A program made the position numbers and the translations under genes. The notes beneath the pieces are model-generated. The model was not told the origin of the DNA. It saw nothing but the letters and a program-made list of their open reading frames with translations, and searched no databases. Of a stretch of 64,000 bases of DNA, positions 37,616 through 46,537 are shown in pieces. The DNA lies in contig JBMNIH010000007.1 of assembly GCA_050950825.1 (NCBI GenBank), forward strand, positions 1 to 64,000. Direction: 5' to 3'. This DNA comes from Clostridia bacterium (GTDB lineage Bacteria > Bacillota > Clostridia > JAAYHZ01). Each line of letters begins with the position of its first letter. Positions within the stretch are counted from its first letter, which is position 1.

Positions 37616-40600
37616 CTATTCCGTTTGCAGCAATTCCAATATTTCCTCCAAATCCAACCGATTCGGCACGGAATCTCCCGCTTCCAAAATGCTGTCCACG
37701 AGGGCTTGCTTTTTATCCTGCAGAGAAAGGATCTTATCTTCAATGGTACCCTTCGCCACCAGCCTGATGACGTGGACGGTTTTTTTCTGACCGATTCGGT
37801 GGGCTCTGTCGGTTGCTTGGTTCTCTACTGCCGGATTCCACCATGGGTCGTAGTGAATGACTACGTCGGCTCCGGTTAAGTTCAGTCCGAACCCTCCCGC
37901 TTTTAATGATATTAAAAACAATTGGCGTTCCCCTTCATTGAATCGATTCACCGAATCGATTCTTTCGTTTGCGGGAACGGTACCGTCCAGATAGAAATAC
38001 GTAAATCCTTGTTTATCCAACTCTTTTTTTAGTATGTCCAGCATGGATGTAAATTGAGAGAATACCAACACACGGTGGCCGGAGGTGACCGCCTGTTCCA
38101 CTACTTCGTTAAAAAGCTCAATCTTGCCGCTGCCTCCTTTGTAGTTATCGATAAACATGCTCGGGTGGCAGCAAATCTGCCTTAATCTCAGCAGCGTGGA
38201 TAAAATGGAAAATCGCTTTTGATTTATATCTTCGTCGCTTGATATTTGCTGTTTTGCCAAGGTCAGATAGGCCATATACAATTCTTTTTGTTCTTGGGTC
38301 AGCTCGCAATCCATCTTGGTAATGATCTTTTCCGGCAGCTCTTCCAGAACATCGGATTTGATTCTTCGGATGATGAAAGGCGATGTCATGGCTCGAAGCG
38401 TTCTTGTGACATCTTCTTCGTTTCCGTTTGCAAATCGTTTGTTGAACTTATGAAGAGAGCCGAAAAATCCGGGCATGATAAAGTCGAATACGGACCAAAG
38501 CTCTATAATATTGTTTTCAATGGGAGTTCCGGTCATGGCGATTCTCTTTTTCGCCCGTATGGTCTTAACGCCTTTGGCCCCGATGGACATGGGATTTTTA
38601 ATATGTTGGGACTCATCCAAAATGCAGTATTCGAATTCGATTCCTTCGTAAAGCTCCGCATCTCGTCGAATCATGCCGTAGGTTGTCAGCAGGATGTCCG
38701 TATCTTGGCAATCGTTTAACAAGGCTTCTCTTTGGGAAGGCGTCCCCGTTAAGGTTTGCACCGTCAGTGACGGTGTAAACTTCTCGATTTCTGCAACCCA
38801 ATTGTATGTCAATGACGTGGGTACCACGATCAAGGAAGGACGAGGCTTTAAACCGGCCTTTTGAAGGGATTCCTTATGTGCAAGGAGCAGCGTCAGAATC
38901 TGAAGGGTTTTTCCTAAGCCCATGTCGTCCGCCAAGATGACGCCCATTCCGCAATCGGTCATCTGCTTCATCCATTTAAAACCCGTCACTTGGTACCTTC
39001 TTAAAACGGGTACGAGGGATTCGGGTACGGTCAACCCGGACAGATCGTAATTACCGATATTCTCAATCAGCTTTTTGAAGGAGGGAGTTCCGGAAATATA
39101 GGTCCGAAGGGTTTCGTCCTTCAAAAGATTGTCCATGTAAAGGGCGCGGTAAACCGGTAAATGGGCTGAACGGTTGGCAATGTCGTTTCGTTCGATATCC
39201 AACCGGTCTAATATCTCGGCCCATTTGCTTCCTTGTTCGAAGTCCAGATCCAAGAATTCGCCGTTTTTTAATCGATAATACTTCTTTTTGTGTCGTATAC
39301 TGCTTAATAAACCGAAGAGGTCTTCCTCGCTCATATCCTCCGCCGTAAATTGAACATCAAGCCAGTTGTTCTCCACGCTCATGGTCATGAATAAGGAGGG
39401 TCGTCGGATAGGCATGTTTTTAAAGGCTTCGGAGTAGTATACCTGCCCGATTTCCAAAAACTTCGAAAGATCCCTTTTTAAAAATTCATATATTTTATCC
39501 CCGGAGCTTAATACGTACCGGTCCTTGTCCGGGACAAAGCCGCAGGATCGGATTAGGGATTGAAGCATCATTTCCTTTTGATAATTTCGCATCAGGTAGA
39601 TATCCTTATCCCCTTCCTTGATTTCATCCGTTGCTTGATTGATGACCGTGTTTCCGTATTTCAATTCCACGTCTAAAAGGATGTTGTTTCGGTATTTATC
39701 GAATTTGCATATAATCGTAAGCTCGTCGTTTACGATTTTTTTCATAAGCTTCTCGTCGATATCTACATGTCCTAAAGCGTTTAGCTTCGGAAGAACATGC
39801 ATAAAAAAGCCGCCGGTATGAGGTGCGGCGAATAAAAACCGGTCCTTTTGGTTGTCTGCCATCATTTTTTTTACGTTTTTCAGGACTTGAGCCGTTTGAC
39901 CTTTCGTACGTATCAAGCGGTCCTTTTCAATGACGTATTTTGCATTTTCACTGACCCAAACGTCTTTATCCAAACGAACGTCAAGCAGGATGGAAGATTG
40001 AACCTCTCGCAATTTGAATTCCACTTCAGGCTCGCCATCGCAATCGACGGTCAGCAATCGGCTCGGGTATCTTGTGAACTCAATATCGGTAGGATCGGTC
40101 AAACAAATATCCAAATATTTTTCCAGCATGACGCCGCTTAACAAAGCTTTTTTCCCGGATAACCGGCAGTCTTCTTTCCAAGGCTTGTCGTAGTGGCCTA
40201 CGGTATAGTACAAAAAGGATAAGAGCTTGTAATCTCTTTCGTTAAAACGGTGAATATCCGGAATGAAACGAAATTGCTTACCCGCTTCAAATTCCAAACC
40301 GTCAAAGACGGAATTCAAAAAGGAGTGAATATTCCGAATAACATAAAGCTTGGAAATACCCGCCTTAAACGATATTTCCGCACTCATCACATGTCGATAC
40401 GGATTATCAAAGGACGAGTTTTCGGTAAAAAATTCAACGGCTTGGGAAAGCCGTACGGTTTGCTTTGGGGACAAGTTTTCCGATGTATCGGCGTTTAAAG
40501 GTTTTTCGAATAATCGGATGACGGAGCGGTCCCCTAAGGCATACGGGGGATTCTCGAATTCCCCGGCATGATCGCGGGCCGAGGTTTCCAAAAGAACCGC

Positions 40601-40852
40601 TACCAAATGCTCGCATAACGACGAGCGCTTTTCATTGCATGAGCAGTTGCACTTCATTTGTTTTAATTCCAGAGAGTAATTGATTTTTATATCGTAAGCT
40701 TCACCGTATTCAACTTGTGCAAGTATCACGTTATTGAAATAGTCAATCTCGTATTTGGTTATATGATTATGGATGTAGTAAAAATAGCCTTTTTCAAATA
40801 TTTCCGCTTTCGTATGTTTTTTTAACAGCTCTTTTGATATATAAAGAATCAT
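37616..40852 (-). CDS. SNF2-family helicase with N-terminal SWIM zinc finger
   Basis: CNCSC...CEH, LADDMGLGKTLQ, LDESQHIKN, TGTPIEN and DPWWNPAVENQATDRAHRIGQ motifs. Confidence 0.95.
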   Translation of the reverse strand: MILYISKELLKKHTKAEIFEKGYFYYIHNHITKYEIDYFNNVILAQVEYGEAYDIKINYSLELKQMKCNCSCNEKRSSLCEHLVAVLLETSARDHAGEFENPPYALGDRSVIRLFEKPLNADTSENLSPKQTVRLSQAVEFFTENSSFDNPYRHVMSAEISFKAGISKLYVIRNIHSFLNSVFDGLEFEAGKQFRFIPDIHRFNERDYKLLSFLYYTVGHYDKPWKEDCRLSGKKALLSGVMLEKYLDICLTDPTDIEFTRYPSRLLTVDCDGEPEVEFKLREVQSSILLDVRLDKDVWVSENAKYVIEKDRLIRTKGQTAQVLKNVKKMMADNQKDRFLFAAPHTGGFFMHVLPKLNALGHVDIDEKLMKKIVNDELTIICKFDKYRNNILLDVELKYGNTVINQATDEIKEGDKDIYLMRNYQKEMMLQSLIRSCGFVPDKDRYVLSSGDKIYEFLKRDLSKFLEIGQVYYSEAFKNMPIRRPSLFMTMSVENNWLDVQFTAEDMSEEDLFGLLSSIRHKKKYYRLKNGEFLDLDFEQGSKWAEILDRLDIERNDIANRSAHLPVYRALYMDNLLKDETLRTYISGTPSFKKLIENIGNYDLSGLTVPESLVPVLRRYQVTGFKWMKQMTDCGMGVILADDMGLGKTLQILTLLLAHKESLQKAGLKPRPSLIVVPTSLTYNWVAEIEKFTPSLTVQTLTGTPSQREALLNDCQDTDILLTTYGMIRRDAELYEGIEFEYCILDESQHIKNPMSIGAKGVKTIRAKKRIAMTGTPIENNIIELWSVFDFIMPGFFGSLHKFNKRFANGNEEDVTRTLRAMTSPFIIRRIKSDVLEELPEKIITKMDCELTQEQKELYMAYLTLAKQQISSDEDINQKRFSILSTLLRLRQICCHPSMFIDNYKGGSGKIELFNEVVEQAVTSGHRVLVFSQFTSMLDILKKELDKQGFTYFYLDGTVPANERIDSVNRFNEGERQLFLISLKAGGFGLNLTGADVVIHYDPWWNPAVENQATDRAHRIGQKKTVHVIRLVAKGTIEDKILSLQDKKQALVDSILEAGDSVPNRLDLEEILELLQTE

Positions 40853-40950
40853 TCCAACACTCCTGCGTAGTCTTTAATATTCTATTAAACCACGATTTGG
40901 AGAATAAATCAATGTAAAAAAGTGCTTAAATTATAATCTGTAACCATGAA

Positions 40951-40979
40951 TTGACAAAGATATCTGCCGCCGGTATATT
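40951..40979 (+). promoter_or_regulatory. Sigma-A promoter of the HAD/kinase pair
   Basis: TTGACA-17-TATATT. Confidence 0.65.
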
Positions 40980-41019
40980 GACAATGACATACTCAATGCT
41001 TCTTGGAGGAAACCGACCC

Positions 41020-41823
41020 ATGATTATAATCAACCGGTATGAAAACAAGGACATCCGATCGGTTTTGTTTGACTTTGACGGAACCATCAGCTTGATTCGT
41101 CAAGGATGGCAGAACGTCATGATCCCCTACTTTGCCGAAGTACTGACCAAAACGCCGAAGGGCGGAACGTACGAAGAAGAATATCGTTGTGCCCGTGAAT
41201 TCGTGGAATTGACCACAGGAAAACAAACCATATACCAGTGCATGCAGTTAAACGACGAGGTTGTAAAAAGAGGAGGAGAATCCGTTGATCCTTACCAATA
41301 CAAGGAGGAGTACAACAGACGCTTGATGCTGCATATACGTCATCGTAGAGAAGCGCTTCAAAAAGGAGAAGCGGATGCGGATCAAATGATGGTACCCGGT
41401 GCCCGCCGGTTGCTGGAGCATCTGACCGAAAGAAAAATCATTCTTTACTTAGCCAGCGGAACGGATCATGAATACGTTCTGGAAGAAGCTTCTTTACTTA
41501 AAGTCGATTCCTATTTTAAAGGAAATATATTCGGTGCAAAACGAGATCCTCGGCTAAACTCAAAGGCCGGGGTGATTCGATCCATTTTACAAGACCACGG
41601 ACTGTCCGGATCGTCCATAGCTTGCTTTGGCGACGGATACGTGGAGATTGAAAATGTAAAAGAAGTGGGAGGAATCGCTATCGGCATAGCCGGATACGAA
41701 GAAAATCCTTGCACCGGCTGGGACGAATGGAAGAAAAACAGATTGACGAAAGCAGGAGCGGATGCTCTTGTTAAGGATCTTACGGACATCGACTCCGTTT
41801 TGGAATACTTATTCGGAGGTTAA
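41020..41823 (+). CDS. HAD-superfamily hydrolase
   Basis: LFDFDGT, LASGT, K and FGDGYVE motifs; RBS GGAGG. Confidence 0.85.
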   Translation: MIIINRYENKDIRSVLFDFDGTISLIRQGWQNVMIPYFAEVLTKTPKGGTYEEEYRCAREFVELTTGKQTIYQCMQLNDEVVKRGGESVDPYQYKEEYNRRLMLHIRHRREALQKGEADADQMMVPGARRLLEHLTERKIILYLASGTDHEYVLEEASLLKVDSYFKGNIFGAKRDPRLNSKAGVIRSILQDHGLSGSSIACFGDGYVEIENVKEVGGIAIGIAGYEENPCTGWDEWKKNRLTKAGADALVKDLTDIDSVLEYLFGG

Positions 41824-41825
41824 AA

Positions 41826-42857
41826 ATGAAGCGCACGGTTTTAATCGATATTTTGTACAGGATTAAACGGATATCCGTAGCCGTTATCGGAGACTTTGCT
41901 TTGGATCGCTACTTTATCTTTGACACGGCTTTGAACGAGCTTTCTTTGGAAACCGGACTGACGGCTTACCAAGTTACGGAAACCCAAAAATTCCCCGGTG
42001 CGTCCGGGTCCGTGGCGAAAAATCTTTCGGTTATGGGAGTAGGTACGGTTTACGCCGTAGGATTCGGAGGGCTCGACGGTGCCGGAGCGGATTTAAAGGA
42101 AGAGTTGGATTTGTTGAATATTAACGACAAATATATGGTGCGGTCGAAGAAGTTGGTAACTCCTCAATATATCAAAACCGTGAAATCGGAAAACGGAGTT
42201 CGTACGGAGAGCAATCGTTTTGATATAAAAAACTTCAAGCCCGTTCCTCCCGAATCGGAACAAGAATTGATGGATAAGCTTCCCGAGATATTCCGAAACA
42301 ACGACTGTATCATCGTTTTGGACCAAATGACGGAAGAAAACTGCGGCGTTGTGACCCAAAGGGTGAGGGAGCGGCTGGTTTCTTTGGCAAAAGAAAACGA
42401 AGATAAAATCGTTTTGGCGGATTCCCGATGCCGAATCAAGCTGTTTGATCATATGATCGTAAAGTGCAACCATTTGGAAGCGTGCAGAGCGTTTTATCCG
42501 GACGTGGATTCGCCTTCGAGAGAGACGGTTTTGGAGTGCGGTGAAAAATTATATGAAAAGAACCGAAAGCCCGTATTCATCACCTTAGGATCCGAAGGGA
42601 TGCTGACCTTTTCTGCCGACGGCATTTATTCGATCCCGACGATACAAGTACCCCCTCCCATTGACATTGTAGGGGCGGGAGATTCCGTCACGGCAGCGGT
42701 AGCCTCCGCTTTGACGGTAGGTGCATCGGTGAAGGATGCCGGTCTTTTGGGAAATATGACGGCATCGGTGACCATCCGGCAGATAGGGACCACCGGCGCG
42801 GCAACCCCGGAACAGATTATCGAGGCTTACGACAAGCACTTCAAAGAAATTATTTAA
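41826..42857 (+). CDS. PfkB-family carbohydrate kinase (RfaE/HldE kinase-domain-like)
   Basis: VIGDFALDRY, ITLGSEG and DIVGAGDS motifs. Confidence 0.85.
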   Translation: MKRTVLIDILYRIKRISVAVIGDFALDRYFIFDTALNELSLETGLTAYQVTETQKFPGASGSVAKNLSVMGVGTVYAVGFGGLDGAGADLKEELDLLNINDKYMVRSKKLVTPQYIKTVKSENGVRTESNRFDIKNFKPVPPESEQELMDKLPEIFRNNDCIIVLDQMTEENCGVVTQRVRERLVSLAKENEDKIVLADSRCRIKLFDHMIVKCNHLEACRAFYPDVDSPSRETVLECGEKLYEKNRKPVFITLGSEGMLTFSADGIYSIPTIQVPPPIDIVGAGDSVTAAVASALTVGASVKDAGLLGNMTASVTIRQIGTTGAATPEQIIEAYDKHFKEII

Positions 42858-42861
42858 AGAT

Positions 42862-42886
42862 AAAAAGGCAGCCTTTACGGCTGCCT
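42862..42886. terminator. Terminator between convergent genes
   Basis: AAAAAGGCAGCC-TTTAC-GGCTGCCT. Confidence 0.7.
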
Positions 42887-42920
42887 GCTTTTATATACAT
42901 TGATCAATTTTTAAGGACGT

Positions 42921-44066
42921 TTACTCCTTGAACAGCTTTAAGTTTTTCAAGCGAATATGGGTATCAAACAAAGGTGTCAACGACAAGTCGTAGTTCATGT
43001 TGTTGATTACCGTCGCAATGGTTTGGGACATGTCCACTTCGTAAAGCCATTCTTTTTCTTTGCAGGATTGAGGTAAATAGGTAAGATTGGTGGTATAAAT
43101 ACGATCAATTACTCCTTTTTCATAGGCCTTGTCAATTTCGTCGTAGCCTTCCGTGAAAAAGGCGAACGTAACGGCGATGTAAATGTGGCGGGCTTTTCTC
43201 TTTTTCAGCTCGTACGCAATGTCCAAAATGGATTCCCCGGAGGCAATCATATCGTCTACTACCAAAACGTCTTTTCCTTCCAAGTTGGATCCCATATAGA
43301 CGTGATCGATGATGGGATTTTTGCCGTTAACGATTTTTGAAAAATCTCTTCTTTTGTAGAAGAGACCGATATCGATGCCCAATGCGTCGGCATAATACAG
43401 CGCTCTGTCCATGGCTCCGGTATCCGGGCTGATCACTAAAAGGTTATCTTTCTTCGCCGAGATGCTCTGTTCGCTGGCGAAAATTGCCCGAATCATGTCG
43501 TAAGTGGGATAGATGTTTTCAAACCCGTTTAACGGGATGGCATTTTCAATGCGAGGGTCGTGAGCGTCTACCGTGAAAATGTTGGATACGCCCATGTGGA
43601 TTAACTGCTGCAGCGATACGGCGCAGTCCAAAGATTCACGACCTTTTCTCTTGTGCTGACGCGAGCTGTAGAGTAAAGGCATGACCACGTTGATTCTTCT
43701 TGCATTTCCGGCAATGGCGGAAATGGTGCGCATGATATCTTGAAAATGCTCATCCGGCCCCATGTGGCAGGTATGCCCGAACATGGTGTATGTACAGCCG
43801 TAATTGCCGATATCCGCAAGAATATAGACATCTTTTCCGCGAACCGGTTCCTTGATGACGATTTTGCCTTCGCCGTTGGAGAAACGGATGTTTTCCGCAT
43901 GAATAACATAGGTATCCGCTTGGCAGCGATAATACGGTTGCGTTTTTCGATGCCTTACCAAATGTTCATCTACCTTTTTTCCGAATTCTTTGGCACTGTC
44001 CAGAACAATCAGCGCCAATTCCCCGTAAGGTATATATGTTATATCATCTAATTTCATGAACGCCAC
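42921..44066 (-). CDS. prs: Ribose-phosphate pyrophosphokinase (long variant)
   Basis: RFSNGEG, DAHD, SPDTGA and VVDDMIASGES (PRPP-binding) motifs. Confidence 0.9.
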   Translation of the reverse strand: MAFMKLDDITYIPYGELALIVLDSAKEFGKKVDEHLVRHRKTQPYYRCQADTYVIHAENIRFSNGEGKIVIKEPVRGKDVYILADIGNYGCTYTMFGHTCHMGPDEHFQDIMRTISAIAGNARRINVVMPLLYSSRQHKRKGRESLDCAVSLQQLIHMGVSNIFTVDAHDPRIENAIPLNGFENIYPTYDMIRAIFASEQSISAKKDNLLVISPDTGAMDRALYYADALGIDIGLFYKRRDFSKIVNGKNPIIDHVYMGSNLEGKDVLVVDDMIASGESILDIAYELKKRKARHIYIAVTFAFFTEGYDEIDKAYEKGVIDRIYTTNLTYLPQSCKEKEWLYEVDMSQTIATVINNMNYDLSLTPLFDTHIRLKNLKLFKE

Positions 44067-44131
44067 TCCTAAAATATTTATGTCTTTTGTATTCAGTATA
44101 TCACAAGTTTACGTAAAATTGAATACAATGC

Positions 44132-44752
44132 CTACCGCAGCAATTTTATTATGCCCGAATTCAGGATAAAAAATAGCACTCTTCCTACAATGATATTGCT
44201 CCAGAAAAATATAGCCAAAAAGACGGGCGGATTCGCGTCGTTAGAGTAGCCGAAGATGACTTTTGCCCCTCGCGTCAAAAGTGCCGCAGACCAGACCATA
44301 ACCAGCGTTTCCAAAAGAATGTAGCATAAAAGAACGAGGGTGCTGCTCGTTACGGTGATGTTTCGAAACAGAATGCTTACAAGGGCGCTGACCGGCGCGA
44401 TGATGAAGTGGGAGCAGATATAGGCTTTCATAAAGATGATACGAGCGGATTGCTTTTTCAAAACATTGGCCTTCGGAGAGAAACGATGAAAGATATCGCT
44501 TAAAGGCAGCGCTACGAAGAACACGTCTAAAAATCCGAGTATAAAAACGGATGCGATTAATATGAAAGCATTAATCAAATAATCACCCGGCGTGCCGTTG
44601 GAAAAATGTATAAAGATATTGTAAACAAGGCCAAATAAAATGATGTCGATCAGCCCGATTAGGGAGATGCACCAGAACAAGCGCTTGGTTTTATCGGTCA
44701 ATTTTTCGTAAAACGCTTTGGGATAGAGTATAAAATCCAAAAATTTAGACAT
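44132..44752 (-). CDS. Hypothetical multi-pass membrane protein (Yip1-like)
   Basis: ILYPKAFYEKL start followed by about 5 hydrophobic segments. Confidence 0.6.
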   Translation of the reverse strand: MSKFLDFILYPKAFYEKLTDKTKRLFWCISLIGLIDIILFGLVYNIFIHFSNGTPGDYLINAFILIASVFILGFLDVFFVALPLSDIFHRFSPKANVLKKQSARIIFMKAYICSHFIIAPVSALVSILFRNITVTSSTLVLLCYILLETLVMVWSAALLTRGAKVIFGYSNDANPPVFLAIFFWSNIIVGRVLFFILNSGIIKLLR

Positions 44753-44929
44753 GGATGTCTCCGTATAAAAGTTTACGGTAATCATATCACGGTTGCATAA
44801 CATTGTCAATTAACATAATCATCCAAAAATGGCCTGCGAATGCGCCCGCTTATGAAAACAAAGTTGAATTCCTTGCAAAGATTATATAAAATAGTTGATG
44901 GTAACAACAACCCTCGGAAAGGAGAAGTC

Positions 44930-46354
44930 ATGGCTAAAAGAATGATTTTGGTCTTTCTTTCGATTGTTTTTTTGGTAGCATGTTCCGCCGAGAAAGAAAA
45001 ACCTGTGGATTTAAAACAAGATCGACTTCTTTTTCTGGATTACGGATACTCGGATACTCGGGCTTTTTACTTAAAGCAAAAAACGGAGCCCTACGAAAGC
45101 ACCCTATGGAACATTACCAAAGAGCTAATGGAAGCATCTCCGGAAGAGGGTACTGCGGTTTTCGCCCGAACCTTCTATACCAAAGCTTCGCAAAATCATT
45201 TGATGAAACTCGTTTCCTACCAAACGACTCCCGGTAAAATCGATTCTCACGCCATGTCCTATAGCATTGATAACGGCAACTCCTATTATTCCTTTGCCGT
45301 CATGAACACAAAAAGCTCCGCAATGGGCGGAACATACCGAAGGTATTGGCAAACCCAAATTGTGGACCCCGAAAAGGATAAAATGATCGTTATTTTTCTT
45401 GAAGGCTTGCTCCCTAACGACAACCCTTCCGAAGGGATGAGCAATTGGACATTATGGTACGGAATCACAACCGACGGCGGGAAAACCTTTGAAACATTGG
45501 AGCAGATAATAAAAACCGGGGACATATACGGCCCCGAATATCCCGTAGACGGAGTATATACGGGAAAAAACAGTATGGCCGTCGGAGAAATCACCTGCCT
45601 TCCGATAAAGCTTCAACGCCAGAGGGGAAGCGGCAACGGCAGAATTTTGGTTCCGGTGCAAATATCGGTATTAAATGAACACGGAGAATTGTACAACCCC
45701 GGAGGAAGCTTCGGTTACCTTTACTGCGCCGTTCTTATCGGAACTTGGAACCAAGAAGGGAAGTTGGATTGGGATATTTCCCAACCTATCGTAGCGGACC
45801 CGAATAAAACCCCCATCGGCGTCATGGAGCCTACCATTGCGGAAATGCCCTCCGGAGAAATTTTAATGGTTATGCGAGGGGGAAACGGCGGGTCCAAGGA
45901 CGAAAAATACGCTTTGGACTGTTTTAAATGGTATTCCTATTCGGAAGACGGCGGCTATACTTGGACTCCTCCGAAGCCATGGATGTGCGACGATAATACC
46001 GTGTTTTATTCTCCTTCTTCTTGCTCTCAGCTTCTTGAGCACTCCAACGGGAAATATTATTGGATCGGTATCGTTTCCAATACAAACCCGCAAAACGATT
46101 ACCCCGGATGGCCTTTGGTTATCGGGGAGGTGAACCCCAAGGATTTCAGGCTGATCAGGGATTCCGTTACGGTGATCGACATCAAAAGACCGGAGCAGAG
46201 TAGCAGCGTCACCTACACAAACTTTTTTGCAAGGGAGGATCGGGTCAGTCATGACATTCTTGTATACTGCACACCCATGTTCGAACAGGGGCGATCGGAC
46301 AATCCTGCCGATCTTACCGCCCATACTTATGTGTACACCGTCAATATAAAATAG
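44930..46354 (+). CDS. Lipoprotein, sialidase-like BNR/Asp-box beta-propeller
   Basis: LVAC lipobox; Asp-boxes SIDNGNSY, TTDGGKTF, SEDGGYTW; EPTIAE..MVMR. Confidence 0.8.
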   Translation: MAKRMILVFLSIVFLVACSAEKEKPVDLKQDRLLFLDYGYSDTRAFYLKQKTEPYESTLWNITKELMEASPEEGTAVFARTFYTKASQNHLMKLVSYQTTPGKIDSHAMSYSIDNGNSYYSFAVMNTKSSAMGGTYRRYWQTQIVDPEKDKMIVIFLEGLLPNDNPSEGMSNWTLWYGITTDGGKTFETLEQIIKTGDIYGPEYPVDGVYTGKNSMAVGEITCLPIKLQRQRGSGNGRILVPVQISVLNEHGELYNPGGSFGYLYCAVLIGTWNQEGKLDWDISQPIVADPNKTPIGVMEPTIAEMPSGEILMVMRGGNGGSKDEKYALDCFKWYSYSEDGGYTWTPPKPWMCDDNTVFYSPSSCSQLLEHSNGKYYWIGIVSNTNPQNDYPGWPLVIGEVNPKDFRLIRDSVTVIDIKRPEQSSSVTYTNFFAREDRVSHDILVYCTPMFEQGRSDNPADLTAHTYVYTVNIK

Positions 46355-46537
46355 CGTTTGATTTGAATGGATGTGAACGTATTTCGGGAATAAGCGTTCT
46401 GTTTGTAAAAAGTGCTTATTCTTTCTTTTTGTACATGTTCAATTCCCCTTTTCTTTTCTTTGCCTAAGTCATCCGGTATAATGCACATACAACCAGAATC
46501 TGTAAAATTTGATAATAAATATACCGGAGGTAGGAGA

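Noticed and set aside
37616-40852. SNF2 helicase as part of a defence system
   Set aside because: Ordinary SWIM-SNF2 architecture with no methylase, nuclease or other defence neighbours.
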